Of a stretch of 64,000 bases of DNA, positions 1-14,015 are shown piece after piece. The position numbers were made by a program, and so were the translations under genes. The DNA is from an uncultured Verrucomicrobiae bacterium (GTDB lineage: Bacteria > Verrucomicrobiota > Verrucomicrobiia > Chthoniobacterales > JAATET01). Location: NCBI GenBank assembly GCA_963740185.1, contig CAVUDH010000007.1:47740-111739 (forward strand), written 5' to 3'. Positions within the stretch are counted from its first letter, which is position 1. Each line of letters opens with the position of its first letter. The notes below the pieces were generated by a model. That model did not search any database. It was not told the origin of the DNA and saw only the letters and a program-made list of their open reading frames with translations.

Positions 1-730
1 GATGACGCGTTCATGGAGACGCTGACGTGGAATTTTATGCATTGGTTTTACACCCAGATGGACCTCGTCTGGGTCAACTCGGAAGACTACCGCAAAGAAT
101 GGGTGGACCGGGGGATCCCGCCGGAGCGCATCAAAATCCTCCCCCGCGGCCTGGACATCGAGCTGTTCCACCCCACGCGGCGCGCACGGCGACTTCTGGA
201 AGCGCCGGGGATTGCGCGACGGGGAGCTGGCGATGCTTTACGTCGGTCGGATTTCGAAGGAGAAAAACCTCGACCTCACGGTGGCGGTCGCGCGACGCGT
301 GGCCGAGGCCGGGGTGCGCCCGGTGTTCGTTGGCGACGGACCGTATCGTGCCGAGATGGAGCGGCTGCTGCCGGACGCAATCTTCACGGGCGTCCTTTCC
401 GGAGTGGACCTGGCGACGGCTTACTCGTCGGCGGATTTCTTCGTCTTTCCGAGCACGACGGACACGTTTGGCAATGTCATCCTCGAAGCGCAGGCCAGCG
501 GATTGCCGACGGTCGTCAGCAACGTCGGCGGACCCCGGGACCTGGTGCGCGACGGCGAGGATGGGTTTGTCACCCGGGCTCTGAACGTCGACCAGATCGT
601 CGACCGCGTGCGGGAATTGTCGGGAAATCCGGCACTCCGCGCCCGCATGGCCACCGCCGCCCGCAGTGCGGTGGAGTCCCGCGACTGGTCCGCCGCCTTC
701 GAGCGCTTCTGGAGCGCTTCGCCGGAGTGA
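1..730 (+). CDS. Glycosyltransferase family 4 (GT-B fold), C-terminal part; 5' end outside window; apparent frame break near 180-210
   Basis: Frame 1 reads ...WVNSEDYRKEWVDRGIPPERIKILPRGLDIELFHP. Frame 2 (ORF 212-730) continues LAMLYVGRISKEKNLD...FVFPSTTDTFGNVILEAQASGLPTVVSNVGGPRDLV, the typical GT4 C-terminal nucleotide-sugar binding signature. Confidence 0.8.
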
Positions 731-1251
731 CCGGAACGGGATCCTTGGAGGAAATACGATAGGGTCGGCGCGGATCGACCGGATGTCCGGGGGACAGGAA
801 GAAGATTTCAGCCTGATCATCGAATCCACCAGACGATTCAGAATTTTCAACCGCAGATCACGGAGATCCATGCAGATGTTTTTCTGAATTTTCTTATCTG
901 TGCCTACCTGTGATGGCATGAAGTCATGTAGCAACCAGTGCTGGGCAGGCCGAAATGATTGATCCAATGTCCTTGGTGGAACCCGTGAGTGCTTGCAACC
1001 CGCACGTGTGGCCGAAGGTCCAAAGGTTCGATGATTACGCTGAGTTAACTGCTCCAATCTGTGATTGGACCATGGTGGAAATATGGGACGCTTTACGTCA
1101 GTTTGTCTCAATTCGCGTCGAGCATTTGGCTCAAACGCGTCATTATGGCGCTTTTGCTCGCAGCCGCGTCAGAGGGTCAGAATTCTTCTAGTAACTAATA
1201 ACCAACGATTAACAACTCACGACGCCCTCTTGGATCGCGCGTTGCTAGTGA

Positions 1252-3199
<1,948 letters not shown>

Positions 3200-3309
3200 G
3201 TCGCCGACTGATCGATCAATCAACCCTTTAGCAAGACGCTTCTCCGTCGGCAGATGCCGCGCGGGGGAGCGATGTTAAAAACCCAAAACCAAAAAAGGAA
3301 AACACCAAC

Positions 3310-3603
3310 ATGGCAGCAAACATCAAACCCATCGGAGATCGCGTGCTCGTGAAGCCGCTCGAAGAAGGTGAAGTCAAAAAGGGCGGAATCATCATTCCCG
3401 ATACCGCCAAGGAAAAGCCCCAGGAAGGCGAAGTCGTGGCCCTCGGCACCGGCAAGCTCGACGACAACGGCAAGAAAGTCGATTTCACCGTGAAGAAGGG
3501 CGACAAGGTCCTCATCAGCAAATACGGCGGCACCGAAGTCAAATTCGACGGCGACAGCTATCTCATCATGCGTGAGGACGACATCCTCGGCATCCTCGCG
3601 TAA
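3310..3603 (+). CDS. groES: Co-chaperonin GroES
   Basis: 97 aa, [42 protein letters not shown], located directly upstream of groEL. Confidence 0.97.
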   Translation: MAANIKPIGDRVLVKPLEEGEVKKGGIIIPDTAKEKPQEGEVVALGTGKLDDNGKKVDFTVKKGDKVLISKYGGTEVKFDGDSYLIMREDDILGILA

Positions 3604-3630
3604 GCGAACCAACCAATAACTACTAACTAA

Positions 3631-5301
<1,671 letters not shown>

Positions 5302-5321
5302 TTCCGAGCATCAGCTCATTC

Positions 5322-5388
5322 GAACCGCCTTCGGGTGGTTCTGAAAATTGCGACAGCCCCGGCGAGAGCCGGGGCTGTTTTGCGTTTT
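5322..5388 (+). terminator. Tandem hairpins after groEL; the second is an intrinsic terminator
   Basis: 5322-5341 gaaccgcc-ttcg-ggtggttc is an 8-bp stem (one G-U) with a UUCG loop. 5354-5377 cagccccggc-gaga-gccggggctg is a 10-bp GC stem followed by tttt g cg ttttt. Confidence 0.75.
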
Positions 5389-5546
5389 GGTGCGGCGGTT
5401 TCCGCCACTTTCGTGCGGAAGGCCGATTGCGAATTGGCGCGGGGTGATGGCGCGGGTTTCTCGTTCTCGCCCGGGGAGTGGACAGTGAGTCTTGTCGGGG
5501 CAGAAATTTTTCCGACAGTCCTCAGTTACTTTTTCATTCGCCGGAG

Positions 5547-5858
5547 CTACTCAGGATCGGTCAGGCCAATCCGCCCTGCTTCGCTCGCGAGACTCTGGGC
5601 GAACCGTCGGGCATGCGCAAATTTCAGCTCAGCCAGCTTGGCGGCCTCGGGATCAATCTTTACGAGTTCGCGGAGCTGGGACCGTTGCGGGGCGGTGAGC
5701 GGAAGGGTGGAGCGGAGCTCGAATTCTCCAGCGTCCGGCTCGGCGGCGGAGAGTGTCCAACTGGGCAAAACTATCGCCGTCAAGGTCGCGGCAGCCGTCA
5801 GCAGCCGGGGGAAGGGGGAAAGTGATCGGGGTGGAAAGACGGGATTCCTGCGGGCCAT
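5547..5858 (-). CDS. Hypothetical small secreted protein
   Basis: 103-aa ORF with a signal-peptide-like N-terminus (RLLTAAATLTAIVLPSWTLSAAEP), downstream of the K+ transporter gene on the same strand. No recognisable domain. Confidence 0.4.
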   Translation of the reverse strand: MARRNPVFPPRSLSPFPRLLTAAATLTAIVLPSWTLSAAEPDAGEFELRSTLPLTAPQRSQLRELVKIDPEAAKLAELKFAHARRFAQSLASEAGRIGLTDPE

Positions 5859-5946
5859 CTTTGGACGATAGCTCGGAAGGGCCGGGGAGGCGACTCAGCT
5901 CGAGGAGAGCTGCTTGTCGAGTTGCGTGGCGGGGACGGCTGCTTCG

Positions 5947-7284
5947 TTAAACTACCAAATCTTCTTCCGGTGGAACTTCGGTGCCCGGTGCGCCCGCCCG
6001 GCCCATCGCCGCGAGCCCGAGCGAAACGACTCCCACGCGCCCGATGAACATGAGGACGATGAGCACGCACTTGCCGGCGGCTGACAGATCGCCGGTAATT
6101 CCCCGGCTTAGGCCAACGGTCCCGAGAGCCGATCCGACCTCGAAAATCACGTTCTCAAACGTGTGTTGCGTGTCGACGAGGAGCATCGCGATCGCGCCCA
6201 CCGCGAAGATGAGAAGATACATCGTGAGGGTTGCAAAAGCGGCCTGCACCCGGTGAGTCGGGACCCGGCTGCCGAAGAACGTGACTTCCTTCCGCCCACG
6301 CACGGCACTCCACGTGGCAGCCAAACCAGCCGACCACGACGTGCTCTTCAAGCCGCCGCCGGTGCCGCTCGGCGAGGCTCCGAGAATCATGAGCACGAGG
6401 ATCATCATGACCGCAGCTCCCGTCAGGCTTCCGATCGGGACGGTGTTGAACCCAACGGTCGTGAGAGCGGTCATCGACTGGAAAAACGCGGCGAGACTTC
6501 GCTCGCCGAGGGAGAGCTGCCGGATGGCCGGATCGAAAAAGAGGACCGCTGCCCCGATGATAATTCCGCCGGACGTGGCCACCAGGATGATCTTCGACGT
6601 CAGCGTCATGCGATGCCCTGATCGCCTTACTTTCATCCACAGATCACCACTGACGATGAATCCACACGCTCCCGCTATGCTGAGAACTGATATAATGGCG
6701 TTGATCGGCAGGTCGCCGCTGAAGCTCTCGAGACTGTCCGGGAAAACGCTGAAGCCCGCGGTGCAAAACGCGGAAACCGAGTGAAAAATCGCCGGCCACA
6801 GCGGAGCCTCCACGCCAGCGCGGGAGAAGACTGCCCACAACGCCAGCGCCCCGGCGGCCTCCAGCGTCACGGTGAAAGCGACCGCGCGTCGGATGAAAGT
6901 TGCCGTCTCGAAATCTTCCGGCATCGCGAAGACGACTCGCCCGATGCGCAGGCGCGATTCATCGACGACGCGCCGAGTTGCCATGATCATAAATGACCCG
7001 AAGGTCATGTAGCCGAGACCGCCGACTTGGATGCCAACGAGCAGGATCAGCTCGCCCCAGAATCCGTAGGCATCCGGCGTATTAACGGTCACGAGGCCGG
7101 TCGTGCTCACGGCGGACATCGCCATGAAGGCATTGTCCAGCACGCCGATCCGCTGGTTCGCCCACGTGAACGGGACGCACAGGAGCGCAGCGATGCAGAG
7201 CGCGTAGAAGGCATAGCCCATGGTGACGACCTGCACCGGGCTCAATCGTCCCACCCACTTCCGCACTCGGTTTGTGATTACCAT
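5947..7284 (-). CDS. TrkH/KtrB-family potassium uptake membrane protein
   Basis: 445-aa polytopic protein with repeated selectivity-filter-like motifs (SAVSTTGL, GIQVGGLGYMTF, TALTTVGFNT, GTVGLSRG) typical of Trk/Ktr/HKT transporters. Confidence 0.85.
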   Translation of the reverse strand: MVITNRVRKWVGRLSPVQVVTMGYAFYALCIAALLCVPFTWANQRIGVLDNAFMAMSAVSTTGLVTVNTPDAYGFWGELILLVGIQVGGLGYMTFGSFMIMATRRVVDESRLRIGRVVFAMPEDFETATFIRRAVAFTVTLEAAGALALWAVFSRAGVEAPLWPAIFHSVSAFCTAGFSVFPDSLESFSGDLPINAIISVLSIAGACGFIVSGDLWMKVRRSGHRMTLTSKIILVATSGGIIIGAAVLFFDPAIRQLSLGERSLAAFFQSMTALTTVGFNTVPIGSLTGAAVMMILVLMILGASPSGTGGGLKSTSWSAGLAATWSAVRGRKEVTFFGSRVPTHRVQAAFATLTMYLLIFAVGAIAMLLVDTQHTFENVIFEVGSALGTVGLSRGITGDLSAAGKCVLIVLMFIGRVGVVSLGLAAMGRAGAPGTEVPPEEDLVV

Positions 7285-7522
7285 TTTCCCGTTAAATCAG
7301 CGGACACGCTACTTCGCAACCCGGCGGTTGGTGTTTTCATTCAGAGGGGGAATTCGTCCTGACGGGAAATCTCGTTTTGCGGGGGGCTGGTGGGGCGTGG
7401 TAGCGTCGCCGTTCGTGGAAGAACCTTTGAAGGAATCGTCGGGGCCCTGGCTGAAAAAGCTGGAGGAAGTTTTTCTGGCGGTATCGCGGGCGCGTCGAAC
7501 GGCGCGGCACGCGACGCGCCGG

Positions 7523-10500
7523 ATGCTGCGAAAGCCTCGAACGGTGATGGAGGCGCCGAACCTGCTGCCGACGTTGATTAAGGTGTTGGCCGCTTTCGCG
7601 CGGGCCGACGGCGAGGTGCTGGAGGAGGAGATCGATTCCAGCCTCGGGTTCCTGCGCTACGATTACCCGGACGCGGTCTATTCTGAGCTGCGCCAACTCT
7701 TTCGTGACGCGCTGCACGAGCAACAGGATTTGAACGAGATCGCGACGCGGCTGGCGGGTCAGCTCAGTGACGACCGGAAGATTTTGCTGGGCGTGCAGCT
7801 TTACGATCTGATCGCGAAGGCGGGGCTGAAGCAGGAGCAGGTGATCGCTTATTACAGCTTCATGGCGCTGCTGGGCATGGCGGCCCAGGCGATCGACATT
7901 GTCTATCAGCTCAACGCGAACGAGCAGGGGGACGCGCACATTTACCAGCAGGGAAATTCGCCGCTGGAGGCGGTCAGCTTTGGCGCGGGGTCGGGGAGCG
8001 ACGTGGTGCTGAAGGATTTCGCGGCGGGTGAGCGGCTGCTGGCCTATCGCTATCACGAACTGATCATCCTCAAAAACATGAGTTCGCGGAACCTGATCGT
8101 GCAGGGGCGGGCGTTGCGGCCGGGGGATTTTTGCCGGTTGTATCCCGGGCAGCGGATCCTCGTCGACGAGCACGTGTTGGCGCATCAGGACCTGGTTTTC
8201 TATTTCAACGCGAAGAAGAACGTCTCTCTGCTGCAGATCTTTGTGGCGGTCAACGAGAACGATGAGGTGCGGCTGGAAAAGAACCGGTCGCGCGACAGCT
8301 GTCTCGAGGTCAGTTTCGGGCTACGGGTGAAGGTGACGGCGCTGCGCGACGTCGACGCGGTGCTCAACGAACAGCGGTTGCTGGCCGGGGTGTCGGTGGA
8401 GGCGGCGCTGGAGGATCGGATTATCTTTCACAACGACAGTGAGCTGGAGCTCGACGATCTGCGGAGACGGGCGGGGAATTTCGGCGGGCGCTTCCAACTG
8501 CGGGCGTCGAAAAGCGAATACCTCGTGTCGAACAACCCGGGCTTGTTGGACGAAGGGGACATCCTGCTCTCGCCGGGCACTGGGGGGGACGTGTTGCTCA
8601 AGATTTTTTGCGATTACGACCAGAAGGTCGGGCGGGTCGAGGTGTTGCAGGCGGATCGACCGATTTTGGTGCGGGGCAATCCGGTGCGGAATTCGGCGGA
8701 GCTGGCGGACGGGGACGCGATCCGGGTGGACGCCGGGCAGGTGCTGCGTTGCAATTTCACCGAGCGCCTGATCGAGGAAGAGCGGAACATCATTCGCACG
8801 CTGGACGTGCGGGATGTCTCGTGCCGGTTTCGCAGCAGCGGGGTGGCGTTGGACGGGATCTCGTTCAGCGTGCAGCGCGGCGAGATGGTCTGCGTGATGG
8901 GTGCGAGTGGTTGCGGCAAGAGCACGATGCTCAAGATGCTGGGCGGGCAGTTTCAACCCGCGCAGGGCGAGGTGCTCATGAATGGGCGGTCGCTCTACGG
9001 CAATCTCGATCTGCTGCGGCGCTACGTGACCTACGTCCCGCAATACGATGCGTTCGACGAGGGGTTGACCATCGAGGAGAATCTGGATTTTGCGGCGGCG
9101 ATCCGGTCGCCGCACCTGTCGCGGCGCGAGCGGGCGCGGCGGATCGACGGGAAGTTGGCGGAGTTGGGGCTGAACGAGCGGCGGTCGAACGTGGTCGGGA
9201 GTTCGCACAAGAAGACGTTGAGTGGCGGCGAGCGGAAGCGGCTGAACATCGGCCTGGACATGATCGGGTCGGCTGACATTTACCTCTTCGATGAACCGAC
9301 GTCCGGGCTGTCGAGCAAGGACAGCGAGCACGTGATCGAGATCATCCGGGGGATGACGCACAACAAGATCAACTTCGTGACGATTCATCAGCCGACGTCG
9401 CGGATCTTCAACATGTTTCACAAGGTGATCGTGCTGGATAAGGGCGGTAAGCTGGTGTTCTTCGGGACGCCGCACGAGACGCTGCAGTATTTTGCCGACG
9501 CGGAGCATTTTCAGCATTTCGGCACGTCGACGGGCTCGACGGATGTCGGGGACACGGCGAGACCGGAGTTTATCTTCGATGCGTTGGAAACTCCGCTGCG
9601 TGATCTGAGCGGAGACATCATTTTCGAGGAAAACAATCGGGGGCAGCTCATCCCGGCGCGGCGGTATTCGCCGGATTACTGGCGGGACAAATACGAGTCC
9701 TACCGGCTGCTCAAGGACGTGCAGTCGATGGCAGTGTCGCCGTCTGAAATGGACCCGAACCAGGCGGCATTACCACCGCCGATGTCGCCGACGCCGCCGA
9801 TGTTTCGGCGGCGGGAACCGTTTCGAATTCGCGAGGAGTGGGGGCAATTCGTCGTGCTGCTGCAGCGCGCGTTCATCAGTAAGCTGCGCAACAAGGCCAA
9901 TCTGGGAACGACGATGGTGATGGCGCCGATCCTCGCGTTGTTGATCGGTGGGGTGCTGCGGTCGGCGGAGAGCGGTGTCTACGATTTCGCGTCGGCGTAT
10001 CACATTCCGGCCTACCATTTTCTGGCTTTGGTCGTGGCGATGTTCCTGGGGTTGACCAACAGTGTGGACGACATCATCCGGGATCGGCCGGTGCTGTTGC
10101 GGGAGCGCAATCTGAACGTGCGGATCGGGTATTACGTCACGGCGAAGGGCTTGACGTTGACGGCGTTTGCGATCGTGCAGTGCGCGATGTTTGCGTTCAT
10201 TGGCAATTGGCTACTGGGGGTGCGCGGGTTGTTCTTCGTGTCGTTCCTGGCCATGTTCCTCACGGCGGTGAGTGGGATCGCGATTGGACTGATCGTGTCG
10301 GCGCTCGCCCCGGAGGCGAAAATGGCGGTGAACATCATCCCGATGGTCCTGATTCCCCAGCTGATCCTTGGCGGTGCGTTCATCAAATACGAGGAGATGA
10401 ACCGCAACCTCGACGTGGTCTACGCGCTCCAGAAGTGGTTCGACAAACATCCGGAGAGTGCGCAACCCCCGAGGAGCGAGTTGCAGGTGCCGTTGATATC

Positions 10501-11053
10501 GGAGTTTATGCCGATGCGCTGGACTTACGAAGCGCTGGTCTACGCGCAGGCCAAGCTCAACCCGCTGACTCGGCGGCAGGAGCGGATTCAGCACGAAATC
10601 GCGAAGCTTGCGAAAGATCAGAACGCGAGTGAGGCCCAGGAAGAGCGGCTCTACGATTTGAAGGAACTCCTGGCCCTGGTGTCGGGGCTGCGGGGCAGCT
10701 CTCCGGCGGACGTCGATGAGCGATTGCACGCGATTGACGCCGTGATCGAGGGCGATCCGTTCGACTCGGAGGTGTTGATCTCGCGTTCTTCGGAGATGAC
10801 CGCCGAGCAGCTTTACGTGAACCAGAAGATTACTGACCTGGTTTCCAAGGCGGAGATGGAGCAGCTCGATTACCGACTGGACGCGGGCCACACCGGGCAC
10901 CTGAACGTCTTCTTCGGGCCGGTGAAGGAATACTTCGGCATCCGGGCGAGCGTGCTGGTGTTCAATTCCGGAGTGATGATCCTGTTCACGGTCGTCGGGT
11001 TCGTGGTCCTGTATTACGTGTTGCGGCACCAGCTGCGGCTGAGGGCGCCGTAG
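7523..11053 (+). CDS. Multidomain ABC transporter: TerB-like N-domain + two FHA-like domains + ABC ATPase + ABC-2 type permease + C-terminal coiled-coil/TM
   Basis: Walker A GASGCGKST, signature LSGGERKRLNIG, Walker B IYLFDEPTSGLS, H-loop VTIHQP, followed by 5-6 TM helices. The ORF track starts at 7220, which overlaps the divergent trkH-like gene, so I prefer ATG 7523 (or 7547). The start remains uncertain. Confidence 0.8.
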   Translation: MLRKPRTVMEAPNLLPTLIKVLAAFARADGEVLEEEIDSSLGFLRYDYPDAVYSELRQLFRDALHEQQDLNEIATRLAGQLSDDRKILLGVQLYDLIAKAGLKQEQVIAYYSFMALLGMAAQAIDIVYQLNANEQGDAHIYQQGNSPLEAVSFGAGSGSDVVLKDFAAGERLLAYRYHELIILKNMSSRNLIVQGRALRPGDFCRLYPGQRILVDEHVLAHQDLVFYFNAKKNVSLLQIFVAVNENDEVRLEKNRSRDSCLEVSFGLRVKVTALRDVDAVLNEQRLLAGVSVEAALEDRIIFHNDSELELDDLRRRAGNFGGRFQLRASKSEYLVSNNPGLLDEGDILLSPGTGGDVLLKIFCDYDQKVGRVEVLQADRPILVRGNPVRNSAELADGDAIRVDAGQVLRCNFTERLIEEERNIIRTLDVRDVSCRFRSSGVALDGISFSVQRGEMVCVMGASGCGKSTMLKMLGGQFQPAQGEVLMNGRSLYGNLDLLRRYVTYVPQYDAFDEGLTIEENLDFAAAIRSPHLSRRERARRIDGKLAELGLNERRSNVVGSSHKKTLSGGERKRLNIGLDMIGSADIYLFDEPTSGLSSKDSEHVIEIIRGMTHNKINFVTIHQPTSRIFNMFHKVIVLDKGGKLVFFGTPHETLQYFADAEHFQHFGTSTGSTDVGDTARPEFIFDALETPLRDLSGDIIFEENNRGQLIPARRYSPDYWRDKYESYRLLKDVQSMAVSPSEMDPNQAALPPPMSPTPPMFRRREPFRIREEWGQFVVLLQRAFISKLRNKANLGTTMVMAPILALLIGGVLRSAESGVYDFASAYHIPAYHFLALVVAMFLGLTNSVDDIIRDRPVLLRERNLNVRIGYYVTAKGLTLTAFAIVQCAMFAFIGNWLLGVRGLFFVSFLAMFLTAVSGIAIGLIVSALAPEAKMAVNIIPMVLIPQLILGGAFIKYEEMNRNLDVVYALQKWFDKHPESAQPPRSELQVPLISEFMPMRWTYEALVYAQAKLNPLTRRQERIQHEIAKLAKDQNASEAQEERLYDLKELLALVSGLRGSSPADVDERLHAIDAVIEGDPFDSEVLISRSSEMTAEQLYVNQKITDLVSKAEMEQLDYRLDAGHTGHLNVFFGPVKEYFGIRASVLVFNSGVMILFTVVGFVVLYYVLRHQLRLRAP

Positions 11054-11080
11054 TCTCTTGCGGAGCGACCCGAGGGCGGG

Positions 11081-11662
11081 TCAATCGTCCAACGAATCGG
11101 GGCCAACGAGCTTCTTGAGCTTCATCATTCCGCGACGGACGCGGGCTTTGATGGTGCCGAGGGGTTCCTGCAGCCGCTCGGCGATCTCGTTTTGAGTCAG
11201 ACCTTTGAAATAAGCCATCTCGATCACGGTCCGCTGCTCGGGGCTGAGCTTCGCCACGGCTTCACGCACGCGGTCACCACTCTCCGAGGCGGAGACGTCA
11301 TCGGAGGGGCGGCGGTCATTGATGGTATCTTCCGGGAGACGCTCGTTGCCCGCTTCCTCCCGCAGGCGGGAACGCCGCTGGTGAGAACGAATGCGGTCGA
11401 TCGACTTGTTTCGGGTCATCGTCACCGCCCACGTGAGAGGTTTGCCGCGGGCCGGATCATACATGGCGGCCTTCTCCCAGATCATCACGAAGACGTCCTG
11501 GGTCACGTCTTCGGCGTCGGTTGCGTCGTTGAGGACGCGCAGGGCGGTGGAAAAGATGATCCCGGAGTAGCGGTCGTAAAACTCCGAAAAGGCGGAGCGG
11601 TCTCCGGCTCCGACTCGGAGCAGGAGAGCGATCTCTTCGGATTTATCGATGGGTTCAGCCAT
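11081..11662 (-). CDS. ECF-type RNA polymerase sigma-70 family factor
   Basis: 193 aa starting [10 protein letters not shown]. Region 2 [17 protein letters not shown], region 4 [41 protein letters not shown]. It is the 3' part of the composite 800-aa ORF 11081-13483. Confidence 0.9.
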   Translation of the reverse strand: MAEPIDKSEEIALLLRVGAGDRSAFSEFYDRYSGIIFSTALRVLNDATDAEDVTQDVFVMIWEKAAMYDPARGKPLTWAVTMTRNKSIDRIRSHQRRSRLREEAGNERLPEDTINDRRPSDDVSASESGDRVREAVAKLSPEQRTVIEMAYFKGLTQNEIAERLQEPLGTIKARVRRGMMKLKKLVGPDSLDD

Positions 11663-11727
11663 GAGGATCTCGCGTTGCGAACACAATGCGGGAGAATTGG
11701 ATGGATGCCAACTAGGTATTAGAAAAA

Positions 11728-13015
11728 TTAATGCCCGACGGCGGAATCGCTCAGGGCGGAGACGGTGATCCGGGCCGTTTCCTCGATTTCGGCGTCGGTG
11801 TGGGCGAGGGACAGGAAGCCGGCTTCGAACTGGGACGGGGCGAAGTAGACGCCCGCTTCGAGGCAGGCGTGGAAGAAGCGGTTGAAGGCGGGTTTGTCGC
11901 TGCGCTGGGCATCGGCGAGGTTGCGGATCGGGCCCGGCTGGAAGAAGAGGCAGAACATGGATCCGATGCGATGGAAGGTGAGCGGCTTGTCGGTGATGGC
12001 TTCGCGCACGGCGGCTTCGAATTTGGCACCGATCTGCTCGAGTCGTGTCCAGCCGTCGGCTCGCTCGAGCTCCCGGAGTTGAGCGAGGCCGGCGGCCAGG
12101 GCGAGGGGATTGCCGGAGAGTGTGCCGGCCTGGTAAACGGGGCCGTCGGGGGAGAGGTGATCCATGATGTCGGCGCGTCCGCCGAAAGCTCCGACCGGCA
12201 GTCCGCCGCCGATGACTTTGCCGAGCGCCGTGAGGTCGGGTCGGATGCCGCAGAGTTCCTGGTAGCCCCCGGGTGCGAGCCGGAAGCCGGTCATGACCTC
12301 GTCGAATATGAGCAAGCTGCCCGCCGAGTCGCAGAGGGTTCGAATTTCTTCGAGAAAACCAGGCTCGGGCAGGTAGAGGCCGGCGTTTGCCGGGACCGGC
12401 TCCAGAATGACGGCGGCGATCTCCGAACCTTCGGCACCGGAAGACCTCGCGCAGGGCCTCGACGTCGTTGAACGGCACCGTTGTCGTCAGGGCTGCGAGG
12501 GCTGCGGGGACACCCGCGCTGTCGGGTTGGCCGTGAGTGAGGGCGCCGGATCCCGCTTTGACGAGAAGCGAATCGACGTGGCCGTGGTAGCAGCCTTCGA
12601 ATTTGACGATGCGATCCCGACCGGTGAAGCCCCGGGCGAGGCGGATGCAGCTCATCGTGGCTTCGGTGCCGCTGTTGACCATGCGAACCTTTTCGACCGA
12701 GGGGACGAGGCGGGTGATGGTCTCGGCCATCTCGACCTCGAGCGGATTCGGAATCCCGAACGAGGTTCCGCGGGTGGCGGCTTGCTGGACCGCTTCGATG
12801 ACGACGCGCGGGGCATGGCCAAGAATGGCGGGGCCCCACGTGCCGACGTAGTCGATGAGTTCGCGACCGTCGACGGTGTTGATGCGGCATCCCGCTGCGG
12901 AATCGACGAAGAAGGGATCGCCGCCGACGGAGCGGAAGGCGCGGACGGGGGAATTGACGCCGCCCGGGATCACGCGTTTGGCGGCGGCAAAGAGAGTGTC
13001 GGAACGGCTCGGCAT
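11728..13015 (-). CDS. hemL: Glutamate-1-semialdehyde 2,1-aminomutase, one extra base at about 12435
   Basis: [32 protein letters not shown]...[16 protein letters not shown] in one frame, then [20 protein letters not shown]...[17 protein letters not shown] in another. The 1288-nt span equals 429 codons plus 1 nt. Confidence 0.93.
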
Positions 13016-13229
13016 GGTATTTTCCAGATTTGTCGATGAAGACGCTGCTATCGACGAGAGCCGCGGCGGCCATAACCGGGGGATTCCTCCGCAGCGCGCA
13101 TCGCGAGCACGTCGTAATCGGGATCGACCATGTTTTTGAGTTCCTTCGAGGAAAGTCAAGCCATACCGGGTATGGCAGGGAGGCCACTGAATCAAGCGGC
13201 ATTCGAGAAGGTTGGTGAGGCGGGCGCTT

Positions 13230-14015
13230 TTACTCAGTCGTCTGAAGGAGGAAGGCGCGGTCGGCTTCGATGGGGCTGCTGAGGGGCATCTCGGGCGCGG
13301 TGGCTTCGCTGGGCAAGGAGTTCTCCAGCGTTGTGGGCGCGTCGGAGGCGAGGTCTTCCGCCGCGCTGGTCTCGCGCGGGACGATCCCGATGGGTTCGGA
13401 GAGCGACGTGGCCAGTGGGTCATTGCTTGGCGTGGGGCTTCCGCTTGCGCTGAGCGGTGCGCCAAGGGTGATGAATTCCTCATCGACGACCGTGCGCTCG
13501 AGGAGAATTTCTTCGGCGGATCGCAGGTAGACGGTCGGAGAAGACGCGGGGGCGTCCTGCTCTTCAGCGGTCAGGCGATCGATGTTGACCGTGAGGTAGT
13601 AGATAAAGAATCCGGCTGCAACGAGCACGACGAGCAGCGCGAGTCCGACGAAAGTCTTCAGTAGGTTCCCCTGAGCGGGACGCGAAGCGATGTCGGGGCG
13701 GAGAAAGGGGAGGTCCGGCTCGGCTCGCCCGGCGTAATGATAACCTTCGGCGGACGCCTCGCCGCGCTCGGGCAGGAGCTCGCGGACTCGCTGCATGGGA
13801 ATGCCGAGGTATTTGGCGTAAGCGATGATGAACATCCTCGCGTAGCTGGCGTTGGTGAAGGTGGAGAGGTCGTCATTCTCCATGTCGCGGATGCGCTGGG
13901 CGCGCATGCGAGTCTCCTTGGCCGCTTTTTCCACGGGAATGCCCCTGGCTTCCCGCTCGGAGGAGAGCAGGACTCCAATGGAGGGGATAAGCTGTCCGGT
14001 CGGGTCGGAATTCAT
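13230..14015 (-). CDS. RodZ-like HTH membrane protein
   Basis: N-terminal XRE-type HTH ([37 protein letters not shown]), a single TM helix ([20 protein letters not shown]) and a Ser/Pro-rich tail. Its ATG overlaps the ftsK stop (ATGA). Confidence 0.65.
   Translation of the reverse strand: MNSDPTGQLIPSIGVLLSSEREARGIPVEKAAKETRMRAQRIRDMENDDLSTFTNASYARMFIIAYAKYLGIPMQRVRELLPERGEASAEGYHYAGRAEPDLPFLRPDIASRPAQGNLLKTFVGLALLVVLVAAGFFIYYLTVNIDRLTAEEQDAPASSPTVYLRSAEEILLERTVVDEEFITLGAPLSASGSPTPSNDPLATSLSEPIGIVPRETSAAEDLASDAPTTLENSLPSEATAPEMPLSSPIEADRAFLLQTTE

Noticed and set aside
955-1191. 78-aa ORF in the 500-nt gap between the GT4 gene and dnaK.
   Set aside because: It has no recognisable motif, no obvious ribosome-binding context, and its composition is not clearly coding. 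I left it unannotated rather than calling a gene.
5335-5871. 178-aa plus-strand ORF after groEL.
   Set aside because: It starts inside the groEL terminator hairpins, lies opposite a better small-ORF candidate (5547-5858, with a signal peptide), and has no domain features.
7220-7522. Upstream extension of the ABC/FHA ORF, and a possible c-di-AMP (ydaO-type) riboswitch for the neighbouring K+ transporter.
   Set aside because: The extension overlaps the divergent trkH-like start codon region. The G-rich strand is the plus strand and so does not lead into the K+ transporter gene, and I could not match the ydaO consensus by eye. Only an Rfam covariance search could revive this idea.
11054-11080. 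Short hairpin gacccg-aggg-cgggtc between the convergent ABC and sigma genes as a bidirectional terminator.
   Set aside because: The stem is only 6 bp and there is no T-tract on either strand, which is too weak to call.
11081-13483. 800-aa ORF suggesting one large protein.
   Set aside because: It is a composite. The 3' 193 codons are a complete ECF sigma factor with its own ATG (11662). The middle is out-of-frame read-through of hemL. The 5' part is the hemL N-terminus plus upstream non-coding sequence. I resolved it into hemL and the sigma gene.
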